Source of the DNA: Kudoa neothunni
Lineage: Eukaryota > Animalia > Cnidaria
NCBI GenBank assembly: GCA_964304625.1
Contig: OZ199839.1
Location: forward strand, 6,886,234-6,950,233
Reading direction: 5' to 3'
Length of the DNA: 64,000 bases
Shown piece after piece: positions 1-13,013 of the stretch; positions within the stretch are counted from its first letter, which is position 1, and every line of letters starts with the position of its first letter. Both the position numbers and the translations under genes were made by a program. The notes under the pieces are model-generated. The model made no database searches, was not told where the DNA came from, and saw only the letters and a program-made list of their open reading frames with translations.

Positions 1-354
1 ATATTCGAAATTTGGAAATATTTTACTGTTGCTACCTTAGCGTGTTTAAAGGGTAAACTTTCGAAATATTTTATTATTTTGTATTTCTCTTAAAAGTTCT
101 AACAACTTTGGCATTAATTCTTGCCATCTGTATTATTTAATTGATCTCCAACAAAAATTTTATCAAAGATGGTCGAGGAAAATGTGCAAAATCGGCTAGT
201 CACGTGATATTATTTCCTCATTTTAACTATTTTAAATTGTTTATTTTTAGTTAAAACGCTAAAAATATGTACATATATTTTATTTAAATCTAATTAGATA
301 CTAAAAATTTCAATCTAATAATTTTTTCAAGTGTGCAAAATTGGTTACCTACTG
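1..354. mobile_element. End of a pogo/Tigger-like element running off the window
   Basis: Terminal GCAAAATTGGTTACCTACTG|TA resembles the TIR of the 6807-8465 element; related subterminal repeat at about 183-200. Confidence 0.45.
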
Positions 355-477
355 TATCTTAAAAAAATGTTGCGCAACAAATAAATTATTTTATACATTC
401 AAGTGATGTAGGAGTATGAGTTGATAACCTAGAGAATTTTAATTTATAATGGTATGCAAAAATTTCATAAAATTAAA

Positions 478-2426
478 TATATATATATATATATATAAAA
501 TCCTTTGTCTGTCTGTGTGTCTACAAGTGCACATGTGTCATGGAGAAACTTTCTTTAAATACAGATTTTAGTTAGCACAAGAATTAGATGATGCCATTAA
601 TAAAGATCGTTAATTTACTCAAAAGTACAAATATAATCAATATCGCAGTCAGAAGTAAGGAATTTTCTGGTTGACTATTCAAATAGCAGATTAAAAAGTA
701 CCTGCATAATGTTGATAACTGTTTACTTCGGAGCGATAGTCAATTACAATGAACTTTCAGTCACTATATAAAAAGAAAATATGTTAATTTTGGTATAGAA
801 TGTTTCAAAAATGCTACATATGCCTATTTGGAGTAATTTTAAGTCAAATAAAACTATTAACGTTATATTTACGAGAGTTGTTGCATTTCCCTTAAAATTT
901 GTAGCATATTACATTTTTTTTAAATATAGGTTCATTTTTCAAGCGTTATGGATATAGTTAAGCGAAAAAGATTATGATCACTTTAAATAAACCACATGAT
1001 TCGAAATTACAAGTTGTTACCACGTTTAAATTATTTGGGTCTCTATACGCATTCTAAAAACGATGTGAGATGTGTGTAGAGTTTTCAAATAATTAAATTT
1101 TTGTGATTACTTCTTAAATGAAAATTATGCTCCATTGGACTTCCTGAGATGTTAAAATTTCATTTTATCAAATATATCGATTCAGATTGAAACTATATTC
1201 GTCGTTTCGATAAGTTTTTACTCGTTTTTTAGTCTCCCTAAACTTCCTTACAAAACGGCTGGCATAAATAATTTGATAAGTTTCTATATTTGATGAGATA
1301 ATTTTTTAAATAATGTTTAAGGTCTTATTTACCTAATTATTTCTTACCCCCAGACCTTAAGGTTAATATTCGAATCAATATATAATTTTTTTTCGCTAAA
1401 AATCATTCATTATGATATGAAAGCTGCGTGAAAATTGCGACACCGCATTCTATATGTAGTTTAAGAATTTATATTCACGATTACTTTTGCAAAATATACA
1501 GTCTCCTCTCAATACATGTCATGTAAGTTAATAAGAAATTATTAGTCTATTCGATCTAACCGTTATTTACACAAAGTTTTCGTTAATCTAAGAATAGTTC
1601 AATACCAAGAAATTTTTTAAGGCAATCGAATAGTACGTTTACTTTTAAAAGGGTGCACTCCGTCGAGAAAACCAGTTGATATTTATGCATTATTGTAATT
1701 TTCCAAAACAAAAAACATTTAAATTTTAGACTTAATCGTATTTTGTTAATTAAATATGTATATTTTTGAACCAGTAAGTATTTTTGTTAAAATAAAAGGT
1801 TTCATTTATTTAAAAATGGGGAAATTATGTTAAAATAGTGAAAACGTAAGTTACCACACACAGCTTATTAATACCTCATTAATGTCCTTTATAAAATTGC
1901 AAAAAAGGAGTATTAATTAATATTTTCATTGATGATTCACCCTAGGTTGACTTTGTTTTTTTCTCGTTTGTAGACTAATAATAAATTTTATAACTAGGAG
2001 GTTAATTTTTATCGAAGAATTTTTAAAAGAACTGAAAGTCGTAATTAAGTTACTTAATGATTTTGTTTAATAAATAAATGAACTTTAATCGTTAATTAAA
2101 TTGCTCATAAAATTGAGATCATTATATTTTTGGTCAATAATTTGTAAAATATAAACTTAAAAATACTCATTAATTTCTCTCAATACCTTTATTTATATTT
2201 GATTGTAAAGTGTCCGCATAATTTTATTTAACTAAATCATCACATCGCAAAAAATAATGACAAGCTAAAAAAACGCAACAATTAAAATAAAAAAATAAAA
2301 TTTACATGTTTAACGTGCAAATTCGATTAAATCTTCCGTAGAATTTCTCCATTCAAAATTAAAACTAAAAGTTAAAATTTTCCACCGCATAGTATCAGGC
2401 AAACCTGGGTGGGTAGTTCGCGCTAA
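478..2426 (+). mobile_element. Non-autonomous Helitron-like element, copy A (about 1.95 kb)
   Basis: Colinear with 19662-21605 and (reverse) 57834-59766. 5' end is (TA)n-AAAA...CTGTCTGT. 3' end is a GC hairpin (CAGGCAAACCTG) followed by TTCGCGCTAA, a degenerate CTAG. No TIR or TSD seen. Confidence 0.7.
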
Positions 2427-2490
2427 TATTTATTAAAATTGTTTTTGTAATATTAATGATGTTATAAGACGCCTTAAAATTCTTAACGAG

Positions 2491-2508
2491 CAATCGTAGA
2501 CAATCAAA
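2491..2508 (+). promoter_or_regulatory. Conserved upstream motif CAATCG-RRACAATCAAA, about 190 bp before the ATG (representative copy)
   Basis: Also at 12821, 37022, 45918 and 62946-62929 (-), and a variant at 21652 upstream of the membrane-protein gene. Function is inferred from position only. Confidence 0.45.
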
Positions 2509-2682
2509 GAAAATTTTCCATTTCGTCTGAATTAATTATCATCGTATCAATAACAACTCATAAATAATGAATAATCAATCCGATTAATAAATTATGATTC
2601 ACTGAAGTATTATTTACGATTTGAGGAATCGAATTTGTATTCAATATCTATTATTAACGATTAATTTTTATTATTGTGTTTG

Positions 2683-4072
2683 ATGTTAGTATTTTCATTA
2701 TTTACGCTTTTTATTGCAATTGTTACAACTGGTGATTCACTCAATTTGTTATATATTCGTATATAATTATTTACTTTATCAAGAGAGAGCTTTGCCTTCT
2801 TACGAGAAAGATGAAGGTCAAGCACCAGCTTGGTTGGCGAATGAAGAACTAAAAACAAAGGCTGCTGTAGAAAGATGGTATATCGACAAAGATGACGCAA
2901 CTTGTAAACCTTTTACCTATCTTGGGTCTCTTGGAAATTTCAACAACTTTGTTTCAAGAGCTGCTTGCAATGAGCATTGTACATTGCGTTTAATTGATAT
3001 AAGCGTCTAATATTGAAACAGTAAAATTTAAACCAGAAGAACAAGTTAATGCATGCGGATTAGTCAAAGAAGTGGGAAGTTGTGGGTTAACTGGCGAAAA
3101 AATGTTGACAAGATGGTATTTCAGTCTAACTGATGTTGGCGGTAAGACGAGCTCTTGTCACAGCTTCCAATACAATGGTTGTGGTGGAAACGCAAACAAC
3201 TTCGAATCAAAAAAAGAGTGTGAACAAGCCTGTCAAAGTAATTCTCTCATTGTTTAATTTACAATTTAAACTCAATTAATATGATAAATATTATTTTTCT
3301 ATTATGTTTATAGATATAGAAAATGGTCGGATGACCGGACAATTTAACCCTAAAACGATGATTGCAACTCCAAATGAATTTGATTGCAAGTTTGTGCCTG
3401 AAGTGAAAACTGAGAGCCCCAAAATGGGAATAATTCCTCACAAGGATGGAAATAGATGCGTTTATGCTGCTGTCGGAACGGCTGCCAATAGGGGATTTTT
3501 CGGCGATTTACCAGTTTGTGTCAAGACCTGCATAAGTATATAACTCACAGTAGTAAATAATTTATTTATCTCAAATAGAAAGGAAAGTTGCAGCTTGCAA
3601 TGCTGGGGGTCCATATCAAGTTGAGACACAAGAAGCCGTGAGTGATGCCAAAGAATATTTTTACTTCAATAAAACACTTGCATTATGTCTGCCCTTTTTG
3701 TCAAAGGCACCGACCGGTGGTACTCCTGTAATTGACGATGGTGCGTTGAACATATTTAGCTCTGTTGAGTTGTGTGCAAGTTACTGCCCTGCAAGTATTA
3801 ATTTAATTTAAATTACTACGTTTTATATTAATTTAGCTGCTCATATTGGTCAATTAACTGCGGTTGAAGCTTGTAAACTACCAAAAACCGGAGTTTCAAC
3901 AACAAGCGATAAATACCAACTTTCTAGATTCTACTACGATCACTCCGCAACCGAAGACAGTAAAAAATGCACAGAGTTTAAATTTAACGGAAAAGACATG
4001 AACCTGAATAACTTCAAAACTGCCGCTGATTGCCAAAAAATTTGCAAGGACCCTTTGACAGGTTCAAATTAA
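2683..4072 (+). CDS. Secreted five-Kunitz-domain protein, paralogue 1 (377 aa, 6 exons)
   Basis: Exons 2683-2731, 2784-2978, 3022-3237, 3314-3535, 3579-3794, 3837-4072. All five introns are GT-AG and phase 1, and the frame is open to TAA. Signal peptide MLVFSLFTLFIAIVTT. Exon 3 is a 6-Cys Kunitz domain (C..GSC..RWYF..CHSFQYNGCGGNANNFESKKECEQAC). The other exons are degenerate Kunitz-like domains. Confidence 0.9.
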
Positions 4073-4558
4073 TTTCCAGGACCACATATCACCGAAAACA
4101 TTTTCAAAATTTCACTTAGATATACGAATATGTTAGTATTTTATTATTGGGTGAATGTATTATCTACTTAATGCCATTGAATTTGGAACATAATAATGTT
4201 TCAAACTTAGATACATAGCAATCATACCAAAAAGGAATAAATAGTTGTATAGTAGACAACTGCGAATATTCGTCGCAATCATGTTTTTTACATTCATACG
4301 AATTTCTTACGGATTGATCTTCTCAATTGTTTTTTTAATTTAAGTAAATAATTTATACAAAATATTTTTATCATTTTTTGTCCAACAGTTCAATGTAATC
4401 TCTCGTTTATAATTATTTCAGTATAAGCTAGATTATGTTTACTTTGTTATTTTAATTTCTAATTTAAAAATAATTAGTAGATTTCAACTATGATAGAGTA
4501 GCTTTCTAGCGAAGCTATACCTTTAATTCTATCATTTGAAATTGATTTACAATATTAA

Positions 4559-6115
4559 CCTTTTCGCGTCCAGTGCGCATTTGAATGCACATAAGAAAAA
4601 CACATTCTTCTAATACACTTAACTACTATTTCATACAATACATTTGATGTATCATACGCGATATCCTATTGTCTTTACAATTTCAAATGAAGAATAATTT
4701 TCCTTGAAAATTAAAGAAAATATTAAGCTTTTCATCTATATATTGAGCATGCTCCAAATGTGATAGACCACTCATAAAATTGATCAGTGTTAATTATCAA
4801 TGTCAATTTTAAAAAGTAATTTTAATTTTTCATACCAAATAATAAAAAATATAAGAGTACTTTGGGAAAATGTTGTAAGAATAAAGATTTATTTGAATGT
4901 TATAATTCGTGCATTTAAATGTACGCCGGGATCTGGTGGCGCCCAAATGTTGAAGATATTCATTACGATATTTTGGATATATCTGCGAAAATTTGAGAAA
5001 GTCAAAAAGAACTAGTTATTCTTTCAGACAATGATATTTCAGAATCTGAGATATCTTAAGAAAATGAAAATATTGATACTTTTGAAAAATGCGATGACTA
5101 CTCTAAAAACCATAATGAGACTACCGACGATGAAAAATACGAATCAAACTTCAAATTTAATTGTAATATAGAATTCCAACATTAGATGATATTGCAGATT
5201 TTGAGAATTCAGAGTGCCATTTTGAAGGAATAAGTGGACTTTTTAATCCTATCGATTACTTCAACCAAGTTATAAATAACTTCTTCATAGATTCGAAGTT
5301 CGAAGAAACAAATCTTTATGCCAGATATTCTAATACATGTTTCAAAACTGATAATGATGAAATGGATATGTATAATGGAATCCTTATTTTAATGGGTTTA
5401 ATAAGAATGCCTAAATATCGTGGTTATATGCAAAAATGTTCGAAGTTTAAATAAATTTCTAACGTGTTCACTCGCCGTAGATTTCAAAATTTCTTCAATT
5501 CTAAAACAATGGCGAAATAGTCACCCAATAATCCAAACCTGAATTTGATAGGTCTTTGAAAATAAGACCATTTTTGGACCACTTAAGATCAAATTTGTTA
5601 AAGATTTAACCCGAAAAAAGTTATCTGTAGATGAACAGATGATACCATTTTAGGTAGGTGCTGTTCAAAGCAATTTATACCTAGAAAATCTACCCATTTG
5701 GGGTTTCGAATATTAACTTGAAGATAATTTATTAGGGAATAAATTCAGTTATGGTTAACTCTTTGCTATTATACAAGAGAAATAATAAATCAAGAAAAAT
5801 AAAAAAAACGAAATATTAGATTTACTGAATTTCACCTATTTAATACGTGAGTCTTTAATATTTCTTAAAAAGGAAATGAACATAAAGTTAAAGCGAGACA
5901 AACTATCATTATCAGCAGATAATGAATTGGAAAATTGTCTTCCTCTCTTTCTGACGATATCCGAGTCGACAATGCTGGACATTCCCCCGAAGTCACGCCC
6001 ACACGCAATGGACGAAAACTTTGCAAAAACTCACGTAAATCAAATGCATCAAATGTAAAGCCTGCTGTTCTCTGATTAAATAAGAAGTTTTTTTTACGAA
6101 TTTCATCAAGAATTA
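4559..6115 (+). mobile_element. Decayed piggyBac (PGBD3-like) transposon, internally deleted
   Basis: TTAA|CCTTTTCGCG left end. Broken-frame motifs ETNLYA, GILILMGLIRMPKYR and LSVDEQMIPF. Right boundary approximate. Confidence 0.65.
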
Positions 6116-6806
6116 AATTAATTAGATTTAATTAATCTGTACGTTTCATCATACAGTCGGAACCCGATTTTACGCATTTTTTTATTTTTTTAACAACTTA
6201 GTGGTTCTCATATTAAATGCGTATATTTTAAGGTTTGTGTAATTAATATTACCCATTTAATAAATATAAAATCTTCATTTAATATCAAATATTGCCAATG
6301 TATGTAACATCCGTAGTGACCAATTTTACATACATTTTTATTCCGATTTCTATACCACTTGTGGATTTTACGCAATCACTAGATATGATCACTGATAGCC
6401 AAAGGCGCTAAACATTTAAAGGAAAATATGAAATATTGAAGTTTTTTGGAACTCTTTCTCCTAAAAATTAAAAAACAATTACAAGAATTCGATTCGAGAG
6501 TTCCACATTATATTCTTTTTATGAAATAAAAAAAGGATGAAATTGACGGAATCATACTTGGGTAGGAGATAATGAACGATTAAATGGTTGGTATTAACCC
6601 ATCCAGGTTCCATATTTTAGAAATTGATTATTCCCCTAAGTCAAAATTATATTGTTATAATAAAATCATAATTAAAATATTTTTTCCAAAAAATGATTAT
6701 ATGAGCCAAAAATCAAGATTTAAGGTTGTGTCGTAAATAACTCGCAAAATCACACGTTATCGCATTCGCGAAAATTGTCATTTTATTTTAATTATAACGC
6801 CTTATA

Positions 6807-8465
6807 CAGTAGTTAACCGATTTTCCGTAATCCCGTCGGGACCATGGAAAGTTACTGAAAAGACTCCAATGACGTATTCTCCGGAATTTTCTGCACGCGC
6901 AAAAATAAAAAAATAAACCTATTTAAATAAATTAATTTCATTTATACAATAATCTACGTTTATTGAAATAATATGTTATTTTAATTATATTTTTTAATGT
7001 GTATGTCGTAATTTTCTCATCTTAACTCATTATTTCGTCAAGATAATCAATTCCTCTCTGTCGTATATTTCTTCTGCGTTTTTAAACATTTAAATGAATA
7101 TTTTTTGATATAAATTCTACCACTCGTTCATCTTTAGTTTAAAACTAGCAGATTCAACAATCAAAGGAGTTAGCTCGTCAAAGTGTTTTGATGTAGGCAT
7201 AATGACTTCCTCTTGAATAATCTCGGAATTTTCAGCTTAGAATTCTTTATTGCTTAAATTAAAATTTAATGAACGCTTTGTATTTATCGGCTGCATGAAA
7301 CTCATATTTTCTGAATCAGTTAAATACAATATCCATCGAAGCATCGAACCATGATTTTTTAATTAGGAACAATGTTTTAAGCGAATCTTGGTAGGATGTA
7401 TTTATATCACTGCTAACTGCAGCAATATGGCTTTCTATTAAATTATTTTTGTAATTTTGATTTTTATAATAAATTATTCCATGGACCAATAGTTACAAAA
7501 CGCTAGTTGAATTTTTTGTAAGGGATATAAGGGAGATACTGGACAAATGAATTTTGGCGTAGCAAGTGATATTATTATGAAGTATTAAACTTTCTTGTAC
7601 GTCGTTTTGAATTCATTGTTAAAATTAAGAAGATATTTCTTAAATGTTTCCCTAATCATTCATTCTTTCCTGTTTTATTTGTATTTTACTAGGAATGTTT
7701 TATTGAGCATTTTTAAAACAACATGGTTTTTGTGATTACCAGTCACATGAGGTTCAATGAAACCTCCAGGCGTAGATACATGCCGCAAAACAGTAACTTT
7801 GTTTTAGATTTTTTTTCTCTCGACAAAACATAGCATTAAAAATAATGGACCTCTTTGTTTCTACTAAAATAATGCATTTTCGTCATGGTTATAGATACAG
7901 CCATCGTAGTTACCTTTGACTTAGTCATTCAATTTAGGTTACCAATTTTCTACAAAACTTTAGTCAAAGTAAGCAGCATCACCATGGGAAGTGATATTTT
8001 TCAATTAAATCGTGATTTAAAACCAAGAAACCAATCATAGGTCATTACTACGCTTAGGTTCAATTCTTTTGTCAATTGGTTTCTTTCATGTATGATATCA
8101 TGAGCAGAGAGTTCAATTGTTTCTATCTCAAGTAATTCACCCAGTCATATACTATAGTATCGATATCGTGATTTGAGCACCGTTTCTAATTTTTTCTCTC
8201 TGAAGAAGCCAAATCATTTTATAAGATAAAATGATATCTTTCTTCCTAATCAAGATATCTAGATTAGAAATAGAAGGGAATTAAATTTACTAAAAGTAGT
8301 ATTTCTGCATTCCTGATTAGTATACTTTAAATAAAATCAATAAAGTTATATTTTAGTTTTATTATTTCCACATTTTTAACTTTTTCAGATATTTCAAATG
8401 TAAAAAAAGTCACACCACTAAATCCGCCTAGAACTAAAAAATTACGGAAAATCGGTTACCTACTA
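6807..8465 (-). mobile_element. Decayed pogo/Tigger element
   Basis: TIRs TA|CAGTAGTTAACCGATTTTCCGTAAT and ATTACGGAAAATCGGTTACCTACTA|TA. Minus-strand remnant IYNHDENALF...KKSKTKVTV of a DDE_1 transposase. Confidence 0.8.
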
Positions 8466-8589
8466 TATTTTATTTTTTTTCTTTAAACTTTGATTTGTTT
8501 AAAACCAATGTATACATTTTATTTTCTATAACAACTTATTGACAACATTATTTTGCTTTTATTCGAAAATAAATATTACGGAAGTTAAT

Positions 8590-9950
8590 TGATCTTTTCA
8601 AATGACGCGTTGGAAAGTAGGACTAGTCCTCTTTAATTAAATCTTATTTAAATTAATATTTATTATAATGGTTTATTTACTTCTCTCAATAAAAATATCA
8701 TATAACTATAGTCAGCTTTTAATTGGATCAATATAGAATCGATAATTTTATTTAATGAGGAGCCTGAGTTACATAACGATTGTACTCAGATAATGTGTTT
8801 ATTGTTTTTATCAACGCAACGTAATAATTGAATTGAATCTGAATTATCGTAAATATTTTGATAGGATAACAATTGTAAATTTTGTGATGAAATATGAAAG
8901 GTCTAAGCATCCAATTGCAATAAATTTATACACATCAAGCATTTAACAAAAATAATCAAAGGAAAAAAATATAATTCGTTTAATTTACTTTAATATTTCT
9001 ATGAATTCATCCGTCCTCCCTACCAAATATTTCTTCCTGAAAATATACTCGTCAAAGAAACTAAAATATATTAAATATTTCTTTATACAAAACTATTTTA
9101 CCTTTGATATAGATATTTGCTCGTACCATTTTTGGTAAAGAAATCTTTAACAGATGCCATTATCACTCAATAGTAATTATTTTGAGAGCCATCAGTGCCA
9201 CGTAGGTTTTGCTGTGATTAAATGCCTTAGGCTCGTATCCAAGGGATGGTAGTATCTTGTAAAATTCGACAGCATCATTTATGATAATTGTGTCGAATAT
9301 ATTGTACTTTGGATTAATAAATATCCCTATTTACCTGGTAAAATATATTTTTTGACAAATAAAACCAAAACTTTATGGTTTCATTGTTGAACAGGTATAA
9401 ACAACTTATTGTTTGAGTCTCATTTTATTATCTCAAAATCACGATGACCCACTATTTTACACCTGTTATACTTACTCTTTCCAATTTCGTTCTCAACAAT
9501 TTCAACTATTTTCCCATGTCTTTAAGCTTATGTTAGGCAAAAAATGTAGCTAGATGTTACCTTCAATTGGTTTTGAATCCATCAAAAAAAATTTCAGGGC
9601 AACCAAGCCGAAATTCTTTACTACAGTTAATAATTGTATGATCAGAATATATTTCCAGGTCATTTTATATCGAGTTAGAGTGACATTTATTCACTCAATA
9701 ATAAATGAGAAATATTTTATATGTAAAAATATAATTAATAATTAAATCATAATATTATTTATTTTAATCTTCAGATGGGAAGAGAAGAAAATAGAATTGT
9801 TCCTTATGTAGGCGACTTTATGGCGGTACTTACTTAAGAATTGCCATACGCATTTGTCATTCTTAAATGACACCTGTTTGTAGTCTTACGTTACCGACCT
9901 TGCATGTGCAACATGCACCTTCCAACTTATTAAGGAGAATCTTTTGGAGC
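8590..9950 (-). mobile_element. Possible heavily decayed LTR-retrotransposon pol remnant
   Basis: Only scattered, frameshifted resemblance to gypsy-type pol on the minus strand. No intact diagnostic motif and no LTRs identified. Confidence 0.2.
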
Positions 9951-10122
9951 AAAAAGTCCATTATTTTCTGTTAATTAGATAATAAAATATAAATTCTATT
10001 AATGTATGTGTTAAACTCCTTAACCATCTCAAACTTGTAACCACATGAAAGCCCCCTTAGAGTATATATGTAGATATTAATTTTAAGTTTCATTAACGTT
10101 CTAAGTCACATGAAAATTTATA

Positions 10123-12307
10123 TCTTCCGGGTAAAATGTAAAATTTGGGTGTAAGTACATCCCAGTTTTTTTCAGCCAAATTATTGGAAAATAATAGGTA
10201 ATTATTCTTGTGTAATGAGAAGAATTTTTGTCAAGTAATTTTTGAGTAATTAACGAGAAATCATTGTTAAACATTCGATGCGTTTACGAGGGTATACTTG
10301 GGTGTTCTGGCGCTCAGAAAAATTTACATGAATCAATCAATGCTCAACTTTAAACGTATAAACAAACTTGAACAATTCTTTAGAACTTTAAATACACATA
10401 GAAATAAACAAATAAAAAAACTAATATGTGTACTATTTATTACAACAGTTAAGACAAATACATTACAAATGTTTTATTCAATAAAAATTAATACAAACGT
10501 CACACTTTGAGGAAGTTTTCTTGCCATTTGTTCTCTCACATAATCAACATCTGCCTTGAAGAGTCGTTTATCATTCTAAATTTGGTCTAATGTAGGGTTG
10601 AATACTTGTACTTTTTCTCGATAGCAGATGACATGTCATTTTCTCAACCACCATCCTCAAGAAATCTCTTCTTCTAAGACTTACAAAAGAAAAGAGTTCT
10701 TTGAATATGCAAAAAGCATTTATCAAGGTGATATCGATCATATTGAAAAACACAATTAGTGGCTAACGACGATTGATTGTTCTGACATTAATCGAAGCCA
10801 ATAACCTTGCGATGGTATCAATTCCCCTCTTTATCGAATTATACTGCAATACAATGTCAGGCTGAAATAGCGCTTCAATTGCAATATGTATGTTATTTGA
10901 AGATGAACAAAGCATATAGACAGGATTATTCTTCCTCCGTAAATACCTTTATATCATCTTTTTGTTATTAAATATAAAAAGAGATGAAAATAACGGTGTG
11001 TCTCTTTGAGGTCTTAGGTAGAATGGAATATCATGTTTGTTTTCATGCATGGTTCCAACCATTGTAAGTTTTCTACTTAACAATTCATCAGCTAACTCAA
11101 TTGACGTAAAAAAGCTGTCGCAAACAATGTTCCGTCCCGAGTTAATGAATGGTTCCGTAAGTTTCAAAGCAATGGTTTTTCCAGCATTAACAGTTCTCGT
11201 GTAATTCTGAGACCGCTTACCCAAGTAGACAGACAAATTGCAAACATATGTTGATCTAGGATCAACCAATAGAAAAAATTTAATCTCATACATGGCAGGT
11301 TTCATCGACATATACTGCTTGAATTTGCAGCGATCTCTGAATGCAACAAGTTGTTCGTCGACGTAGAGACCTTCATATGGGCGAAAGCTACGATCAAATA
11401 AATCAGCCCAAAGAGCCAAATATGGCAAAATTTGTCATTAACTTTTCTCAAGTAAGTTAGTTTCTGAGTCATTAAAGTGAAGTGCCCCTAAATTTTCCGA
11501 ACTCTTGTTAATGACAAAATATCGCGATATATTTTTCTTCCTTCGCCAGATCCAAATAATTCCTTAAGGGGTCCATGGTTGTCTCTATATATGCTCATTA
11601 AAATTAAGCATCCGATGAGGTCATCAAGTTCGATTTTGTTTATTTTATCCAAGCATTTCCGAAAAAATTTTCTCTATATTTATTTGCAAACTTTAAAATC
11701 TAATTTTACATATCAGGATTAAATAACACCTAAAAGTATCAAAAGCTTTGTTAACATTTCGAGATATGTGAGGAGAAACGCCTGGAAGATTATTAATAAT
11801 AATTTCAACTGTCCATATCTCTCTATTTTTATCAATTAATGAGTCTGGTGGTACATTAGTGGTATAATCTTCATTACATGATAATATATTATCATCAAAT
11901 AAGAAATTATAATCAGAAGAATCAATATCAGAACAACTACCACTGTAATCACAAGAGCTCATTACTTCTCGAGCTTGCACATTCAGTAAACTGAATACGT
12001 TATTGTCAATTTAGGGGTTATTTAACAATTATAATTATCTAATAAGTTCCAAATATATTTCATAAAATATTTTAAACAATTTTATCAGAAAAAACCTTTG
12101 AGTGTATTTACACCCCAATTTTCCTCGGAAGCTGTTTTAGCGTTAAGTCAGAATAAAAAAATTCAAATTTTTCTTTTGCTTATTATGCATTACATAAGTT
12201 TTAAAATTTTGCGGAAACATGAACTGTGTCTATCGCGTTTGTAATAGGAAAAAATTGCATCAACACTCTCCTGAGGTGGAAATACACCCCATTTTACTCG
12301 GAGGGTT
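10123..12307 (-). mobile_element. Decayed piggyBac (PGBD4-like) transposon
   Basis: ORF 10949-11428 has VDEQLVAFR, KPAMYEIK, IVCDSFFTS and MVGTM. ORF 10571-10753 has FFNMIDITLINAF. Terminal repeats CTTCCGGGTAAAATG and CATTTTACTCGGAGGG. Confidence 0.85.
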
Positions 12308-12629
12308 TATTACATAAAATACTCATATGTATTCACACTTTATTATACTCAACTTTAATCATTTTTTAAATAATTATAGAAATAATTTTTATGGATAATT
12401 CAAAATTTTTCAAATATTTTATTTTAAGGACATTAAAAAATTTTCAATTTTTCAAAATTTAATATTAAAAAGTTTTAAAATTATAAATTTATTAAAAGAT
12501 AAGAGTTTCAAATTAACTGTAACATTTTAAAAATATATATTTGTTAAATAAACTAGACCTGGCATAACAAATACGATATATATGATGTTTACTCAATATA
12601 AATAACTTTCCTAACAGTTATTTTCAATC

Positions 12630-12648
12630 ATATATATATATATATATA
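12630..12648. repeat. (AT)n microsatellite
   Basis: Direct reading of the sequence. Confidence 0.8.
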
Positions 12649-13013
12649 TCCAAATATGTTATAAACTAAAAATATGACTCTACTATTAAAATAAATTATT
12701 ATTGGGTCGTTTTTATAGTTGATTCATAGCCTTTTATAATAATTCATTGCTAGTCAAAAAATTTCTGCTCGTGCGTATTGCGAAACACAGATTGTGCCGT
12801 CGCCTAGAATTCTTATCGGACAATCGGAAACAATCAAAATAAGTTTTCCGTCTTGTCCGAATTAATTAATCGCGTTCTTAATAAACATTCATATACAGTA
12901 AATAATTAATCAGATTAATAAATTAAGATTCAATGAAGTATTATTTAGGATTTGAGGAATCGAATTTGTATTTAATATCTATTATTAACGATTAATTTTT
13001 AATATTGTGTTTG

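Noticed and set aside
2661-2900. Repeated antisense ORFs over Kunitz exons 1-2 (also 12992, 37142, 46036) and the alternative-frame MMLAVRR... ORFs (13461, 37656, 46550)
   Set aside because: These are shadows of the duplicated spliced gene. They recur only because the DNA is duplicated, and they read through introns.
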